DNA of 64,000 bases. It comes from Octopus sinensis. Its lineage: Eukaryota. The notes under the pieces are model-generated. The model ran no database searches. It was not told the origin of the DNA and was given only the letters and a program-made list of their open reading frames with translations. The position numbers and the translations under genes were made by a program. The stretch is taken from the NCBI RefSeq assembly GCF_006345805.1, contig NC_042998.1:141980001-142044000 (forward strand). The letters are read 5' to 3'. Shown here piece by piece: positions 37,637 through 50,113 of the stretch (position 1 is its first letter; each line of letters opens with the position of its first letter).

Positions 37637-37698
<62 letters not shown>

Positions 37699-37954
37699 AA
37701 CGCGGGTGAGTCGTTTAAGGAACCATAAGTCAAGGAAAAGATGCACTCGTATATCTGTCAGTAGAGTGGGTATATTATCTCCGAAATGTATAGAGCGTAG
37801 TTACCATATTTTCTTCTAAATTGGCTAACTCTGATGAGCATAAAGTTATATAATCGCTTTGTTCTAACACTCAGTTGTATTCTTTACGCGAAACCTATTG
37901 GTAAGGCCAGCTGTGATGGATATTTAATACTATACATTTCGGATTATATATATA

Positions 37955-38125
37955 CACGACGGACTTCTTTCAGTTTCCGTCTACCAAATCCACTCACAAG
38001 GCTTTGGTTGACCCGAGGCTATAGTAGAAGTCACTTGCCCAAGGTGTCACACAGTGTGATTGAACCTGGGCAATGTGGTTTGGAAGCAGGTTTCCTACCA
38101 CATAGCCACACCTGCACATGTGTAT
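37955..38125 (-). mobile_element. SINE family A head
   Basis: TTTCAGTTTCCGTCTACCAAATCCACTCACAAGG...CACTTGCCCAAGG. Confidence 0.82.
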
Positions 38126-38689
38126 ATTTCTGCGTGCGAGCGTTTGTTTCCCTCTAGTACCAAAAAGTACTGTCGCCAAAACAGGCCAAATGTCCAATCA
38201 GCTGTGTCAGATGGTTGCCCTCTGTCATATCATTCCGGATATTCTCGTAAAATCTTTGTAAACTGTAGGCAGATAGATTATATACATATAGTTTTTAACG
38301 TTTGTTGTTTTGTCAGTATTGTAGTAAAATAAGATTGTTGTCTCATTGTAAACCATCCATAAATTCTTTCTAATTCTTTCTATATACATCAATAAATATT
38401 TTTGAAAGCACTTCTCATGTTGCTTGTGACATATTTTATGCAAAAGTTTGGATTTTATCCTTTCATATTTTCCTCTTGCTCATTTTTATAACGGTCAAAA
38501 TAATTGCTTATGTAGTTATTGATTCTCGCCATTGTTCATTGCTCTGCACTTATTGTTTTAAACATAGCCGTCCATGGCAGTCTATTTCCTATCCTCTCCA
38601 TAACAGTTTTCTCGTTGTTGGCACTACATTGATTTATTTCATATTTACGTAGTTTTTGGTAAAGCTTTTGTGGATTGGAATCGAGCTGC

Positions 38690-39545
38690 TTTCTTCAAAG
38701 AATCGCCGATATTGGGTTTGAAAAACTCTGTTGGCGACTAACAATGTCAAAAAGTTATCTAAACAGTAAAATAATTTTTTTTAAAAAGAAGAAGGAAGAA
38801 CAACAGAAAAAGTACACGGAAAGCGAGAGAATTATGTGGCCAATTCAAGCAACAACCAAACATGTTGGAAGTAAAGAACGCTGGTTACAGCAGACGAATG
38901 TAAACCTGAAACGGAAAACTGAAGTGCTAATTATAGCCGCTAATTATAGAGTTAAGGCATTACGACGATTAGATGAAAGTAAAGATTGACAAAACTTAAC
39001 CACAGGGCAAATTCAGAAACTGTGGGAGTCGAAAGGATCAACAATCTCTTGAGTGAGTGCAGTAAGATAGCACAAACAGGATGTAAACGCAGGCATGATT
39101 GTGATAGTAAAAGATACATTGAAATATCAGCCAAATATATGGCCTCGAAGTAAAAGGGAAATGGTACGGACACGAATCAGAGGCTGTGAGAGAGAACAGA
39201 AATTACAGGATTTTATGAAACTTCCCCATAAAGACTAACCATACTTTCTGAAGCAATGAGACCCGGTATGGCTACAGAGGACAAAAAAATGTGTAAGATC
39301 ATCAAAAACAAATGAGAAAAATCAGGACCAAGCTGGAAAGTTTAAGAAATTAATAAAGTTATTCCTGTGCACTTGGCACAACACCCAAACATCAACCTAA
39401 GAGGCTGAAGAATTTTGGAATTGAAACTGGCATAGTTGACCTCCAGAAAAATGTCATCCTGCATTCCACAGGAATCCTAAGAAAGATTCCTTGAGATTTG
39501 AGGAGACTTGTTCTCATGAAAACCTCAACACAACACCTCTGCTAA
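38690..39545 (+). mobile_element. R4/Dong-type (family 3) decayed 3' region
   Basis: LKRKTEVLIIAA, GCKRRHD, and the end GAGATTTGAGGAGACTTGTTCTCA shared with about 17665-17700. Confidence 0.75.
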
Positions 39546-39569
39546 CTAATATGGCATACATTAGCTTTA

Positions 39570-40330
39570 CTAATAATCCTTTCTATTATAAGCTCAAGGC
39601 CCAGAATTTTGGAGGTGGGGGTGAGTCGATTATATCGATCCCAGTGCTCAACTGGTCTTTATTTTATCGATCCCAATAAGGTGAAAGGCAAAGTCGACCT
39701 CAGTGGAATTTGAACTCAGAACATAAAGTGCACAAAATACCGCTAAGCATTTTGCTCGACATGCTCATGATTCTGTCAATAATACTAATACTAATAATTT
39801 CAAATTCTGGTACAAGGCTAGCAGATTCGGGAGAGGGGGATAAGTCGTTTACATCGACTCCAACCGATAGTTATTTTATCGATTCCAGTGCTTAACCGGT
39901 ACTTATTTTATCGACCCCAAAAGGATGAAAGGCAAAATCGATCACAGTGGAATTTGAACTCAGAACGTATAGACGGACGAAATACCGGTAAACATTTTGC
40001 CCGACATGCTAACAATTCTACTAATAATACTAACTGTAAAACTACTACAACAAATAATAACAATAACAGAGTGCTATTTTTATAAATATGCTAATTTTAA
40101 TGTAGCTTAACTGTAAGTACCTACTTTCAAATTTTGGCCCAAATCTAGCAATTTTTGAGGGGAAGGATGTTTGTTAATAATAATTACCCAAGTAGAAGAC
40201 TGGTACTTTTTCTATCGACTCCGAAAGATAAAGCTGACCTCGACGGGATTTGAACTCAAAAGAAACTGAGTCACAAAAATTCTGTTAAGCGTTTTGTCCA
40301 GCGTGCTAACGATTGTACCAACTCACCGCC
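39570..40330 (-). mobile_element. Cluster of 3-4 SINE family B copies
   Basis: Repeated GAAAGGCAAAGTCGACC...GGAATTTGAACTCAGAAC units. Confidence 0.8.
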
Positions 40331-40998
40331 TTATTAATAGGTTTAGAGTCGGTATACAGAATTGTTAAACAATCTAGTGTAGAACAAACGATAAGTATGA
40401 GCATATATAATGTATCTATTTTTTTTGGTATAGTTGCATTAGTAGATCATAGTAGCTGCGTCTGTAATGTAATGGTATTGGGGAATAACATCATAATATA
40501 TTGGAAAAAGCAAGGAAGATTTGATTAGAAAAAAAGAAAAGGAAGAAAGGAAAAATAGGAAATGATAAACTGTGAAAAAGAATAAGGTGTGAAGGATAAC
40601 GTTAAAGCCATAGAAATATAGAGTGAAATAGATGAGAGGGTTAATTTCTATAATAATAAATGTAGATACTTTTGAATATACATACCAAAATTAAAGTATA
40701 GATGTGTGCGAATATTAGAAACATATAATATACGTAGAAAGAAGAGTTGAACTGTATAATCAAACGGTAAACATATATATTGTACGTTAATATCGAACAG
40801 TGAGAATGAATGCTCAATACCGCATTGGTGGATAAATATTCTTTATTTGTGGGTTAATCAAGCTACCTTTGGTTTTATGTTAAAGGTGATATATTTCTTA
40901 ACAATTATCAAGTTTGTTTCATATGATATTGGCGTTCGTTTCCATCTTGCATGAAAACACCTCTCTTAACCAATGGTAGCCTAAACACATAAATAAAG

Positions 40999-41029
<31 letters not shown>

Positions 41030-41032
<3 letters not shown>

Positions 41033-41990
41033 AATACAAAATGGGATAAGAACGCAAAACATCCGGACAGCTAGGTGACACAAAAATGGACAACAAAACA
41101 TCCAGATAGACGATACAAAGAAAACAAGGACGGGTCATTCGAAGTTTTCTTTCCTCAGTCAAGCACCAGATTATCATCGCAATTTCGGCTGATTATTCAT
41201 GAGATTGCTCCAATCTGGCCAGCCCCAAGGAAAAATTAAGCTAAGAGCATTAGATTCCTTGGATAAAAGCAGCGAATGTATACAAAAACAAGGACGGAAA
41301 AAAAGGACACTGTTACATAAATATAAATACAATAAAAAAATACAATAAAAATAATAACAGGACATAACAACAGGTGTCTTTCGACTAAGGACGAATTGAA
41401 TTAAGCTGGCGCGTGTGAAAATGAAGCCACACGGCAGAGATACAAAAATTTCACAAACACAGGGAAGAATATCGATGTTGCACGGACAACGGTCAGACCA
41501 AGAAAGAACAGGCTCGGTCGAACGGCCGTCACGTGGGAAGAGAAGAGAGAGAATTAGAAGTAGAGGGACAGAAGAATTAAGGAGGGGCGAGAATTTTCTT
41601 TTTTGTATTTATATTTATGAAAAGTAACGATAGATATATATAATTAGATTAACTGAGGTAGGAATAAAAGTAATAAAAGTCATTACAGTGAATTGTTAAA
41701 GAGATTCAAAAGCATACTGGTTTCGTGAATTTACTAATCATTGCTTTGAATGCACGCCGATTAATGAACGGTATCAGGTTTACTAGTCCCTGAGGAAAAC
41801 GATTATGTGTAAGCATGGTGAGGTGAATATCTTTAAATTTAGCTTCTTTTGCTGACTTAGCTGAGGAAGGACAAGTGCTCCTTAGCACATATCCCGAAAT
41901 CGATACAAAGTTATCTGCCATTCCTTTTGCGGACTTCGCATAAGTAAGAGTTATAATCTTTATTCGCCACCCACTGTCACCAACCTTGTT
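41030..41990 (-). mobile_element. PLE remnant (RT thumb-like fragment plus terminal region) between (TA)n tracts
   Basis: Minus ORF 41706-41921 (AKFKDIHLTMLTHNRFPQGLVNLI) weakly resembles the PLE RT C-terminus; hammerhead-like motif downstream on the same strand. Confidence 0.5.
41140..41224 (-). ncRNA. Candidate non-circularly permuted hammerhead ribozyme, second family
   Basis: Minus strand GGCTG g CCAGATT gga GCAATC TCATG aataat CAGCC GAAA TTGC gatgat AATCTGG tg CTTGA CTGAGGA aagaaaactt. Confidence 0.55.
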
Positions 41991-42068
41991 TTAAATAAGT
42001 GAGCTCTCTGTGGCTTCGGAGTTCATCTGATTCCTATTTCTAGCGAAGCTGGTACTTCGCAGTACCAC

Positions 42069-42153
<85 letters not shown>

Positions 42154-42156
42154 ATA

Positions 42157-42188
<32 letters not shown>

Positions 42189-42190
<2 letters not shown>

Positions 42191-42726
42191 TCATGTTGAG
42201 AGTATGATGGGATATTAAAGAAGTAATCCATTATGAACTGTTGGACAACAACCAAACAATTAATGCTAATCTTTACTGTGAGCAACTTCGTCGTTTGAAA
42301 ACACTTCTGAGCCAAAAGCGAGCATCCTTGGTTAACAGAAAGGGTGTCATCTTCCATCATGATAGTGCTCGTCCTCATACAGCTCGACTAACAAGAACTC
42401 TCTTGGAAGAGTTTGGTTGGGAAATACTGCCTCATCCTCCATTTTCTCCTGACCTTGCTCCTTCTGATTACCATTTGTTCCGAGGACTACAGAACCGTTT
42501 TGATAGACTTAGGTTAACAACAATAGAAGAGATTGAAAATGAGTTGGCTTCATATTTTGTTCTAAACCTACAGAATTTTACAAGCGAGGCATTTACAAGG
42601 TTGTTGAAAGATGGAATGAGGTCATTGAAAGCAATGTAGAATATGTAAATGAATATTTCCATAGTCATTGGCTTATTCATTTTTACCTTTGATCTTTAAA
42701 TCGGACATTACTTTTGCACCAACCTG
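42189..42726 (+). mobile_element. mariner 3' half with TIR
   Basis: VIFHHDSARPHTA...LPHPPFSPDLAPSDYHLF; end CATTACTTTTGCACCAACC. Confidence 0.9.
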
Positions 42727-42799
42727 ATATATACAAGGGGGTACCCAAAAGAAAGCGGTATTTTGCAATATTTTATTCACTTAGTTTTATATCTTTACA

Positions 42800-42900
42800 C
42801 TCGTAGCTTCGAGCTGACCAAAGCCTTGCAAGTGGATATGGCAGACGGAAACTGAAAGGAATCCGTCGTGTATATATATATATCTATATATATATATATA

Positions 42901-42939
<39 letters not shown>

Positions 42940-43145
42940 CTTCGTGTCCGTGTTTGTTCTACCCCCACAATCGCTTGACAACCGATTTTGGTGTATTTAC
43001 GTAGTGGTTCGGCTAAAGTGCCCGATAGAATAAGCGCTAGGCTTACAAAGAACAAGTCCTGGGGGTCGATTTCTTTGACTAAAGAAACCCCTGAAGGAGG
43101 TGCTCCAGCATGGCCGCAGTCAAATGACTTAAACAAATAAAAGAA
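42800..43145 (+). mobile_element. SINE family A (5'-truncated)
   Basis: Centre and tail GGTGCTCCAGCATGGCCGCAGTC. Confidence 0.82.
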
Positions 43146-43286
43146 AGAATAAAAGAAAGTTAAATAAATCTATGTATTTATGTATTATGCATGCATATAC
43201 ATGTATTCATGCACACATGTAAGCCTGTTCACATGTAGGCATTTACATCAGTATATGCACTTGTGGTCATTGGCGGAGACATGTCA

Positions 43287-43670
43287 TCTTTATATATAAA
43301 AGAGAGGTTGTGTGCTGTCTGTCTCCTACGATTTAGATTCCTAACTACTCCCACATTTTGCGGTGCAGTTTAACCAAAACCAGGTATCTTATAGTCGTGA
43401 TTCATATCGAGCCCTTCTGTGTATTAGCGCGCGTCTACGATTTAAAAACAAAATTATCATCTATTTCTCCCATTTTTAATGCATTTTTGGCATATATAAG
43501 GGAAGTAACTCTCTAAAAATTTATTGTTAAATCTCAGAACGTAAAAAGCTACAGTAACACCCCCCTTAGTGGTTAGCCATATTGAGATGGCTATTATACT
43601 TTACATCTCTAAAAATGCTTATATAGTTATTTCCCTTACAAACCCGAGCAACACCGGGCGATACTGCTAG
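43287..43670 (+). mobile_element. Non-autonomous Helitron, 384 bp
   Basis: 5' A|TC start (TCTTTATATATAAAAG), 3' hairpin CCCG...CGGG about 9 nt before CTAG|T, no TSD. Confidence 0.8.
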
Positions 43671-43788
43671 TTGTATATAAGGATCTTATCGCATGCTGAA
43701 CTTCATGTATGTTTTACATATCTTTACAATTACACGTATTCTTCCTGTTTTTCTTTGCGAATCTCTGTTGTATACATACATACATACA

Positions 43789-43824
<36 letters not shown>

Positions 43825-44189
43825 TATATGTATATATATATTTATGTGTGTGTGTGTGTGTGCGCGCGTGTCTGTGCGCATGCGTGCGTGACAACGCGTA
43901 TGTGCATATGTATGTATGTATATATGTATGCGTGTGTGCGTGTATGTATGCATATGTATATGTGTAAGTATATAAATGTATGTATGTGTGTATATATTCA
44001 TGCCTATGTGTATTCAAGTATATATGTGTGTATGTATGTATATATGTATGTATGAGATGTCTGAAAGAAAAATTAACTTCTAAAATTTTTTAAAAACATT
44101 GTTTTACCCTAGAATTTAATCAGACTAGTCCTTTTCGAAATAGTTCACTCCCTAGCTGAGACACTAACTAAAAACTGTATACCATTAAA

Positions 44190-44312
<123 letters not shown>

Positions 44313-44444
44313 ACATAAGTAATTTTTATGCAATTACAGCGTGGAGGACACGTGTTATTAATTCAAAATCAGAAAAACCGTTAACTTTTCATAAAATTTT
44401 ATTATTTTAAATATTTAAAAATATTTATTATTTGTGAAAATGAA

Positions 44445-44660
44445 GGCAAGCTGACAGAATCGTTAACATGCCGGAGAAGATGCTTCCAGGTTTTTCATTC
44501 TTCTCTAGCTTCTGGGTTCAAATTCTGCTGAAGTCGACTTTGGCTTTCATTTTTTTCGAGCCGATAAAAGAAGTACCAACAAAATCTTGTGATCGATGTA
44601 ATTGTCTAATTTCTCTTCCTTAAAATTTTAGGCCTTGTACCTATGAGAGACAGGATTATT
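44445..44660 (+). mobile_element. SINE family B (old)
   Basis: GGCAAGCTGACAGAATCGTTAAC...GAAGTCGACTTTGGCTTTCAT. Confidence 0.75.
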
Positions 44661-45068
44661 TGTTGTAAAAATTTTCGTCACAATATCACTGATATAGTTC
44701 CGCTGCAACTTCCAGACAAATACATTTCCGTAATTATTTATATGTTTAGGCTTTAAAATAATATCTACACCTTGATATCTCAAAGTTTCGTGTGTTGCAT
44801 AGACAATCGTCAGTGGAGGAAAAGAATGATGTTATAATGATAAAAATATACGAAACTTATAGCAGGACGGCGTGTTGTGTTTTTCGTAAAAGAAACGAAA
44901 TTAAACAGGACAAAGAGGATCACAATGAAGAAATAAAAAAAGAAAGGAAAAAAAAAAAACTTTAATACATCCATACTCACACCTCTTGGAAAATATATGC
45001 AAATCAAATAATATAAAAATTGTTCTACTTTGTTAAGAAGGAACTAATATTAAATTAAAACTTGTAAC

Positions 45069-45375
<307 letters not shown>

Positions 45376-45499
45376 ACAATGGTATGATGTACTGATATAT
45401 GAATATTAATGTCACGACATTTTATTTCTTCGAGAGATGTGAGTATGCATATATAATAATAATAACACTTTTGTTCATTTCGCTGAAATAAGTACTAGG

Positions 45500-45746
45500 T
45501 GCTTCAGCATCATGAACGTGATCATTTCCACCACCACCACCACCACCACCATCATTATCAACATCATCATCAATAGCTGTATCACCACTACCACCATCTC
45601 CATCATGTAACCCTCACCACTGCCATCACAACCACTACCACCACCATCACCACCGCCATCAGCACCACCGACGCCATCCCCCCCCACTACTACCATATCA
45701 TCATCATCATCATCGACATCGTCATTATTATCGCTGCTGTTGTTGC

Positions 45747-45786
<40 letters not shown>

Positions 45787-45815
45787 TATTATTATTATTA
45801 TCATCATCATCATCA

Positions 45816-45873
<58 letters not shown>

Positions 45874-45885
45874 CATCATTATTAA
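45500..45885. repeat. CAC/CAT/TTA trinucleotide complex
   Basis: Direct read. Confidence 0.9.
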
Positions 45886-46399
45886 TGATTTTCGTCATGT
45901 GGAAAGGTCTTTTTTATTTAGCCTTCCTTCAAAACATTTCATTTCAAGTATTGCCAAATGAAATTTTCTTTGGAGTACTTATAAAAAAAAATTATATTTA
46001 CTAAGGCGGACCAGCTCTCGATAGTCGGGGAGCGAGATAGACTACAGAAAAAAAAAGGGTTTTGTTTTACAAACTTTTAAAATTTTTTTTACGCCTATTA
46101 CTTTTTACTTCCAAAATGGCTACTACATATAATTCTGCCACACGACAAAATACTGCTATGACCAATAAACGCAACACACAACTAAGTGCACAAGAGGAAG
46201 AGGAAACTTTACACGCTAGTGAATATTGTATTAAAAAATATGTTAAATACATAAATAATTGTGAAGATGGCGACTCTAACAGCAACAATGACAATAGTAG
46301 CGATTCTCACATCAAATCAAATACTGCCGCCATCTTATATAGCATTTGTGTGAAAACAATCTTCCTTCAATATCTTGTTTTTTTTTACTTGTTAAATTA

Positions 46400-46835
46400 T
46401 TTGACAGCGACCATGCTGGGACGCCGCCTTGAAGGATTTTCGTCGAACAAATTAACCCAAGGACTAACAATTTTTTTAAAGCCAGGTGCTTATTCTATCG
46501 GTCTCTTTCTCCGAACTGCTAAATTACGGGTACGTAAACACACCAACACTGGTTGTTAAGCGATAGTGGTGGGACGAGTACAGACACAAAGACACACACA
46601 TACACATAGATATATGCATAAATACATACGTACATACACACACAAACATATATATTTATTTATTTATATTTATATGATGGGTTCTTTCAGTTTCCATCTA
46701 CCAAATCCACTCGTAAGATTTTGGTCGGTTCGAGGATATAGTAGAAGACACTTGCTCAACGTGTCACGAAGTGGGACTGAACTCGGAACCATGTGGTTGG
46801 GAAGCAAGCTTCTTATCACACAGCCACACCTGCGG
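46400..46835 (-). mobile_element. SINE family A
   Basis: Reverse complement of 410-786. Confidence 0.85.
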
Positions 46836-46899
46836 CAATACTAGATGAACAAAATACATTTTTAGAACTATCACAATTTCAAGAAAAAAAAATGTAAGT

Positions 46900-47345
46900 A
46901 AGAGTATTGTGAAAAACTTAGCAGAATTTCTTTGGTAGAGCGTGAGGGAAGCATAAACTCAGATAAATGTATGTCCATATTGCAGGTCTCCTTCCAATCT
47001 TCTCCAGTGGTGAAATGATGAAAGAGAAGACTATTTATGGAAGATTGGGCTCCTTGTCACACGGCTAAAATGATCCAAGACTTGTTGGATGAGAATGGCA
47101 TTAAAAAGCTTCTATGGCAAAGCCAGTCACCAGATATAAACCCTGTTGAATACCTCTGGGGCATAATGAATAGAACACTTCATAAAAAGAATAAGAAAGC
47201 ATCTCCAAAGCCAGATCTTTTGAGATTACTGCATGAAACTTGGCAAAAATTCCTCGAAAGAATATTCGTCATCTGATCATTAAGATACCTAAAAGGGTCC
47301 TTGCATTGAAAAATGCAAAGGGCATGTCTACCAAAATATTAAATA
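46900..47345 (+). mobile_element. Tc1 transposase 3' fragment
   Basis: MEDWAPCHTAK...WQSQSPDINPVEYLWG...PKRVLALKNAKG. Confidence 0.85.
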
Positions 47346-47411
47346 TCTACATTATAACAATTAATAAATAATGTGTGTGTGTGTATACACACACACACAG
47401 ACACACCTATA

Positions 47412-47462
<51 letters not shown>

Positions 47463-47467
47463 TATAT

Positions 47468-47500
<33 letters not shown>

Positions 47501-47517
47501 ATACATAGATAGATAGG

Positions 47518-47591
<74 letters not shown>

Positions 47592-47634
47592 CACGCACAA
47601 ACACACATACACAGACATGTTAAAATTATATATA

Positions 47635-48910
47635 CAGGGGCTGGACAAAATAATGGAAACACCTAGCATCATAGCATCATAATTTTGAAATATCTATAAA
47701 ACCGTCAAAAACTTGTTTATTTTTATGTTTTTGCATTTATTATTAGTGTTGCTTAATATGTTTTGATAAAATTCCTGTTTCTTTTCAGATATCATCAAAC
47801 AAAGGTAATTAAAATTCACTAAAATGACAGATCTATCAAACTTTCAAAGAGGTCAGATTGTTGGTGCTCGTATGGCAGGCGCTAGCGTAATGAAAACAGC
47901 CGAAATGTCTGATGTATCAAGAAGTATGTCTCGAAAGTAATGACAGCCTTTGAGAAAGAGGGGGAAAACCTCCTCGTCGAAACAAAACTCCGGAAGAAAA
48001 CCAAAACTTTCAGATAGGGACCGCCGAACTCTTAAGCGAATTGTTTTAAAGGATCACAAAAGTACAGCTCCCAAAATTACTGCAGTGCTTAATGACCACC
48101 TCGAGAACCCAGTTTTCACAAAAACTGTTCGTTGGTAGCTGCACAAAGCCAGATTTCACAGGAAGGCTGCAATCAGAAAACCACTACTTTCAAAAACAAA
48201 CATTGCAAAGCGTTTAGAGTGGAGTAAAAACCTACAGAATTTGACCCTAGAGCAGTGGAATAATGTTATTTTCTCGGACGAGTCATCCATTACCTTATTT
48301 TCGACTACCAGCCGAGCATACCTGTGGAGACAGCCAAAAGAAGCATTAGATCCAGATTGCCTTCTTCCAACTGTTAAACATGGAAGAGGTTCTGTGATGA
48401 TCTGGGGGTGGGGGCTATATCATGGAAATCCGCCGGCCCAATGGTTTCCCTTCATGGCAGAATTAATAGTCAAGACTATTTAAGCATTTTATCTAATCAA
48501 ATTCATCCTATGGTTGCAGAACTGTTTCCGGAAGGTAACTCAATCTTTCAGGATGATAATGCCCCAATTGATACAGCTAAAGTTGTTACTGAATGGCATG
48601 AGGAACATTCTAGTGAAGTTGAGCATCTTATCTGGTCACCACACTCCCCAGACCTCAATATTATTGAACATTTATGGTGCATTTTAGAAAAACAAGTAAG
48701 GAGTCGATATCCTCCACAATCATCACTTCAATAACTGGACCGTTTCAGCTGAAGAATGGACAAAAATTCCTTTGGAAACAATTCAAACATTGTACTAGTC
48801 CATACCTCGTAGAATTCAAGCTGAAATTACTGCCAAAGGCGGCCCTACCCCATATTAAAATAAATTTGTTTAATATTTTAAGGTGCTTCTATTATTTTGT
48901 CCAACCTTTG
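47635..48910 (+). mobile_element. Full-length decayed Tc1 element, 1276 bp
   Basis: TA-CAGGGGCTGGACAAAATAATGGAAACACCT...AGGTGCTTCTATTATTTTGTCCAACCTTTG-TA. Confidence 0.92.
47824..48858 (+). pseudogene. Tc1 DD34E transposase, frameshifted
   Basis: MTDLSNFQRGQIVGARMAG...VIFSDES...TVKHGRGSVMIWG...FQDDNAP...SPDLNIIE...KGGPTPY*. Confidence 0.92.
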
Positions 48911-48919
48911 TATATATAT

Positions 48920-48946
48920 ATGTATATATGTATTATGTATGTGTGC

Positions 48947-48980
<34 letters not shown>

Positions 48981-49215
48981 GCGTGCGTACGTATGTGTGT
49001 CTTTGTGTCTCTGTTTGTTCCCATCACCGCATGACAACCGGTGTTGGCGTCTTTACGTCCCTGTAACTTACCGTTTTGGCAAAAGAGGTCGATTGAATAA
49101 GTGCCAAGCTTTAAAAAATAAGTACCGGGGTTGATTCATTCGACTAAAAATTCTTTCTAGCGGTGCCCCAGCATGGCCCTCTGTAATGACTTGAAACGTG
49201 TAACAGATAAAAGAC
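48920..49215 (+). mobile_element. SINE family A centre and tail
   Basis: ACAACCGGTGTTGGCG...GCGGTGCCCCAGCATGGCC. Confidence 0.82.
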
Positions 49216-49219
49216 ACAT

Positions 49220-50030
49220 TGAAGAAGGAGAATACTATAGAACTATCCGTTACACATTTGAATTGAAAACGCTCCAAAACACTGGCTGATATTGTCAGAC
49301 ATACCTCCGACTATATATTTATACCCACTGTACATGTGCCAAAGAAACATAATAAAGACAATGGAAACGACATAGACCCATGGCTAGCAGTGACTTTTGT
49401 GTGACAGTATGGGTGTATGGTCAAAGCTGTGCTAAAGAAAAGCGATCTGAGGTCAAGGACGTCAAAATGAACTTGTAAGTTCTAGTAATAACCCAAAGTC
49501 AAAGAATCATACCAGAACTGTCTTGTTGAAAGTACGGAAACAAACGGTATGAGATTGTTAATACCGAGTAGAAATCCTGGCTGTCGGAGTAAGACATCCG
49601 TTAGAGCTGAATGCCCCGAAGAATTAAGAAGATGAATCAAAAAGAAAGAAAATGAAAATAATCAAAATCAACAGCAACACCAAAAAAAGAACAATAAACT
49701 CCAGTTTCCAGAACACCACCAGCTAAAACTCTGGAGGTAACAAAGAAAATATATTGGAGTACAGTTTGACAAATAAATGAGCAAACACCCTTCCCCCTCC
49801 GTTTGTAGCATCACATCCCTATAGAACACTGAGCAAGAAAGAATTACAAGCAAAAACTTAAAAAGAATAAAGCAAGAAAAAAATATGCAAAGGAATAAAA
49901 ATAAAACAATTAAAACAAGTGAGGAAGAACAATTTCTTCTAAACGACAACAAATTCTTCCCTTAGGAAAATAACAAAGAAAATGAAGAGAACAAAGATGG
50001 ATTAAAATTCACCGTTCTTTGAAAATCAAT
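49220..50030 (+). pseudogene. LINE ORF1 remnant with decayed zinc knuckle and K/E/N-rich tail
   Basis: YYRTIRYTF...NGNDIDPWLAVTFV*QYG...RNPGCRSKTSVRAECP; homologous to 2790-3010. Confidence 0.5.
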
Positions 50031-50113
50031 CAAATAATTGATAGACAAAATTACGCACCTCTGATGCCACGGATTTTCTGAAGAAGTTAGAATGATGCAA
50101 AAACAATTAGATC

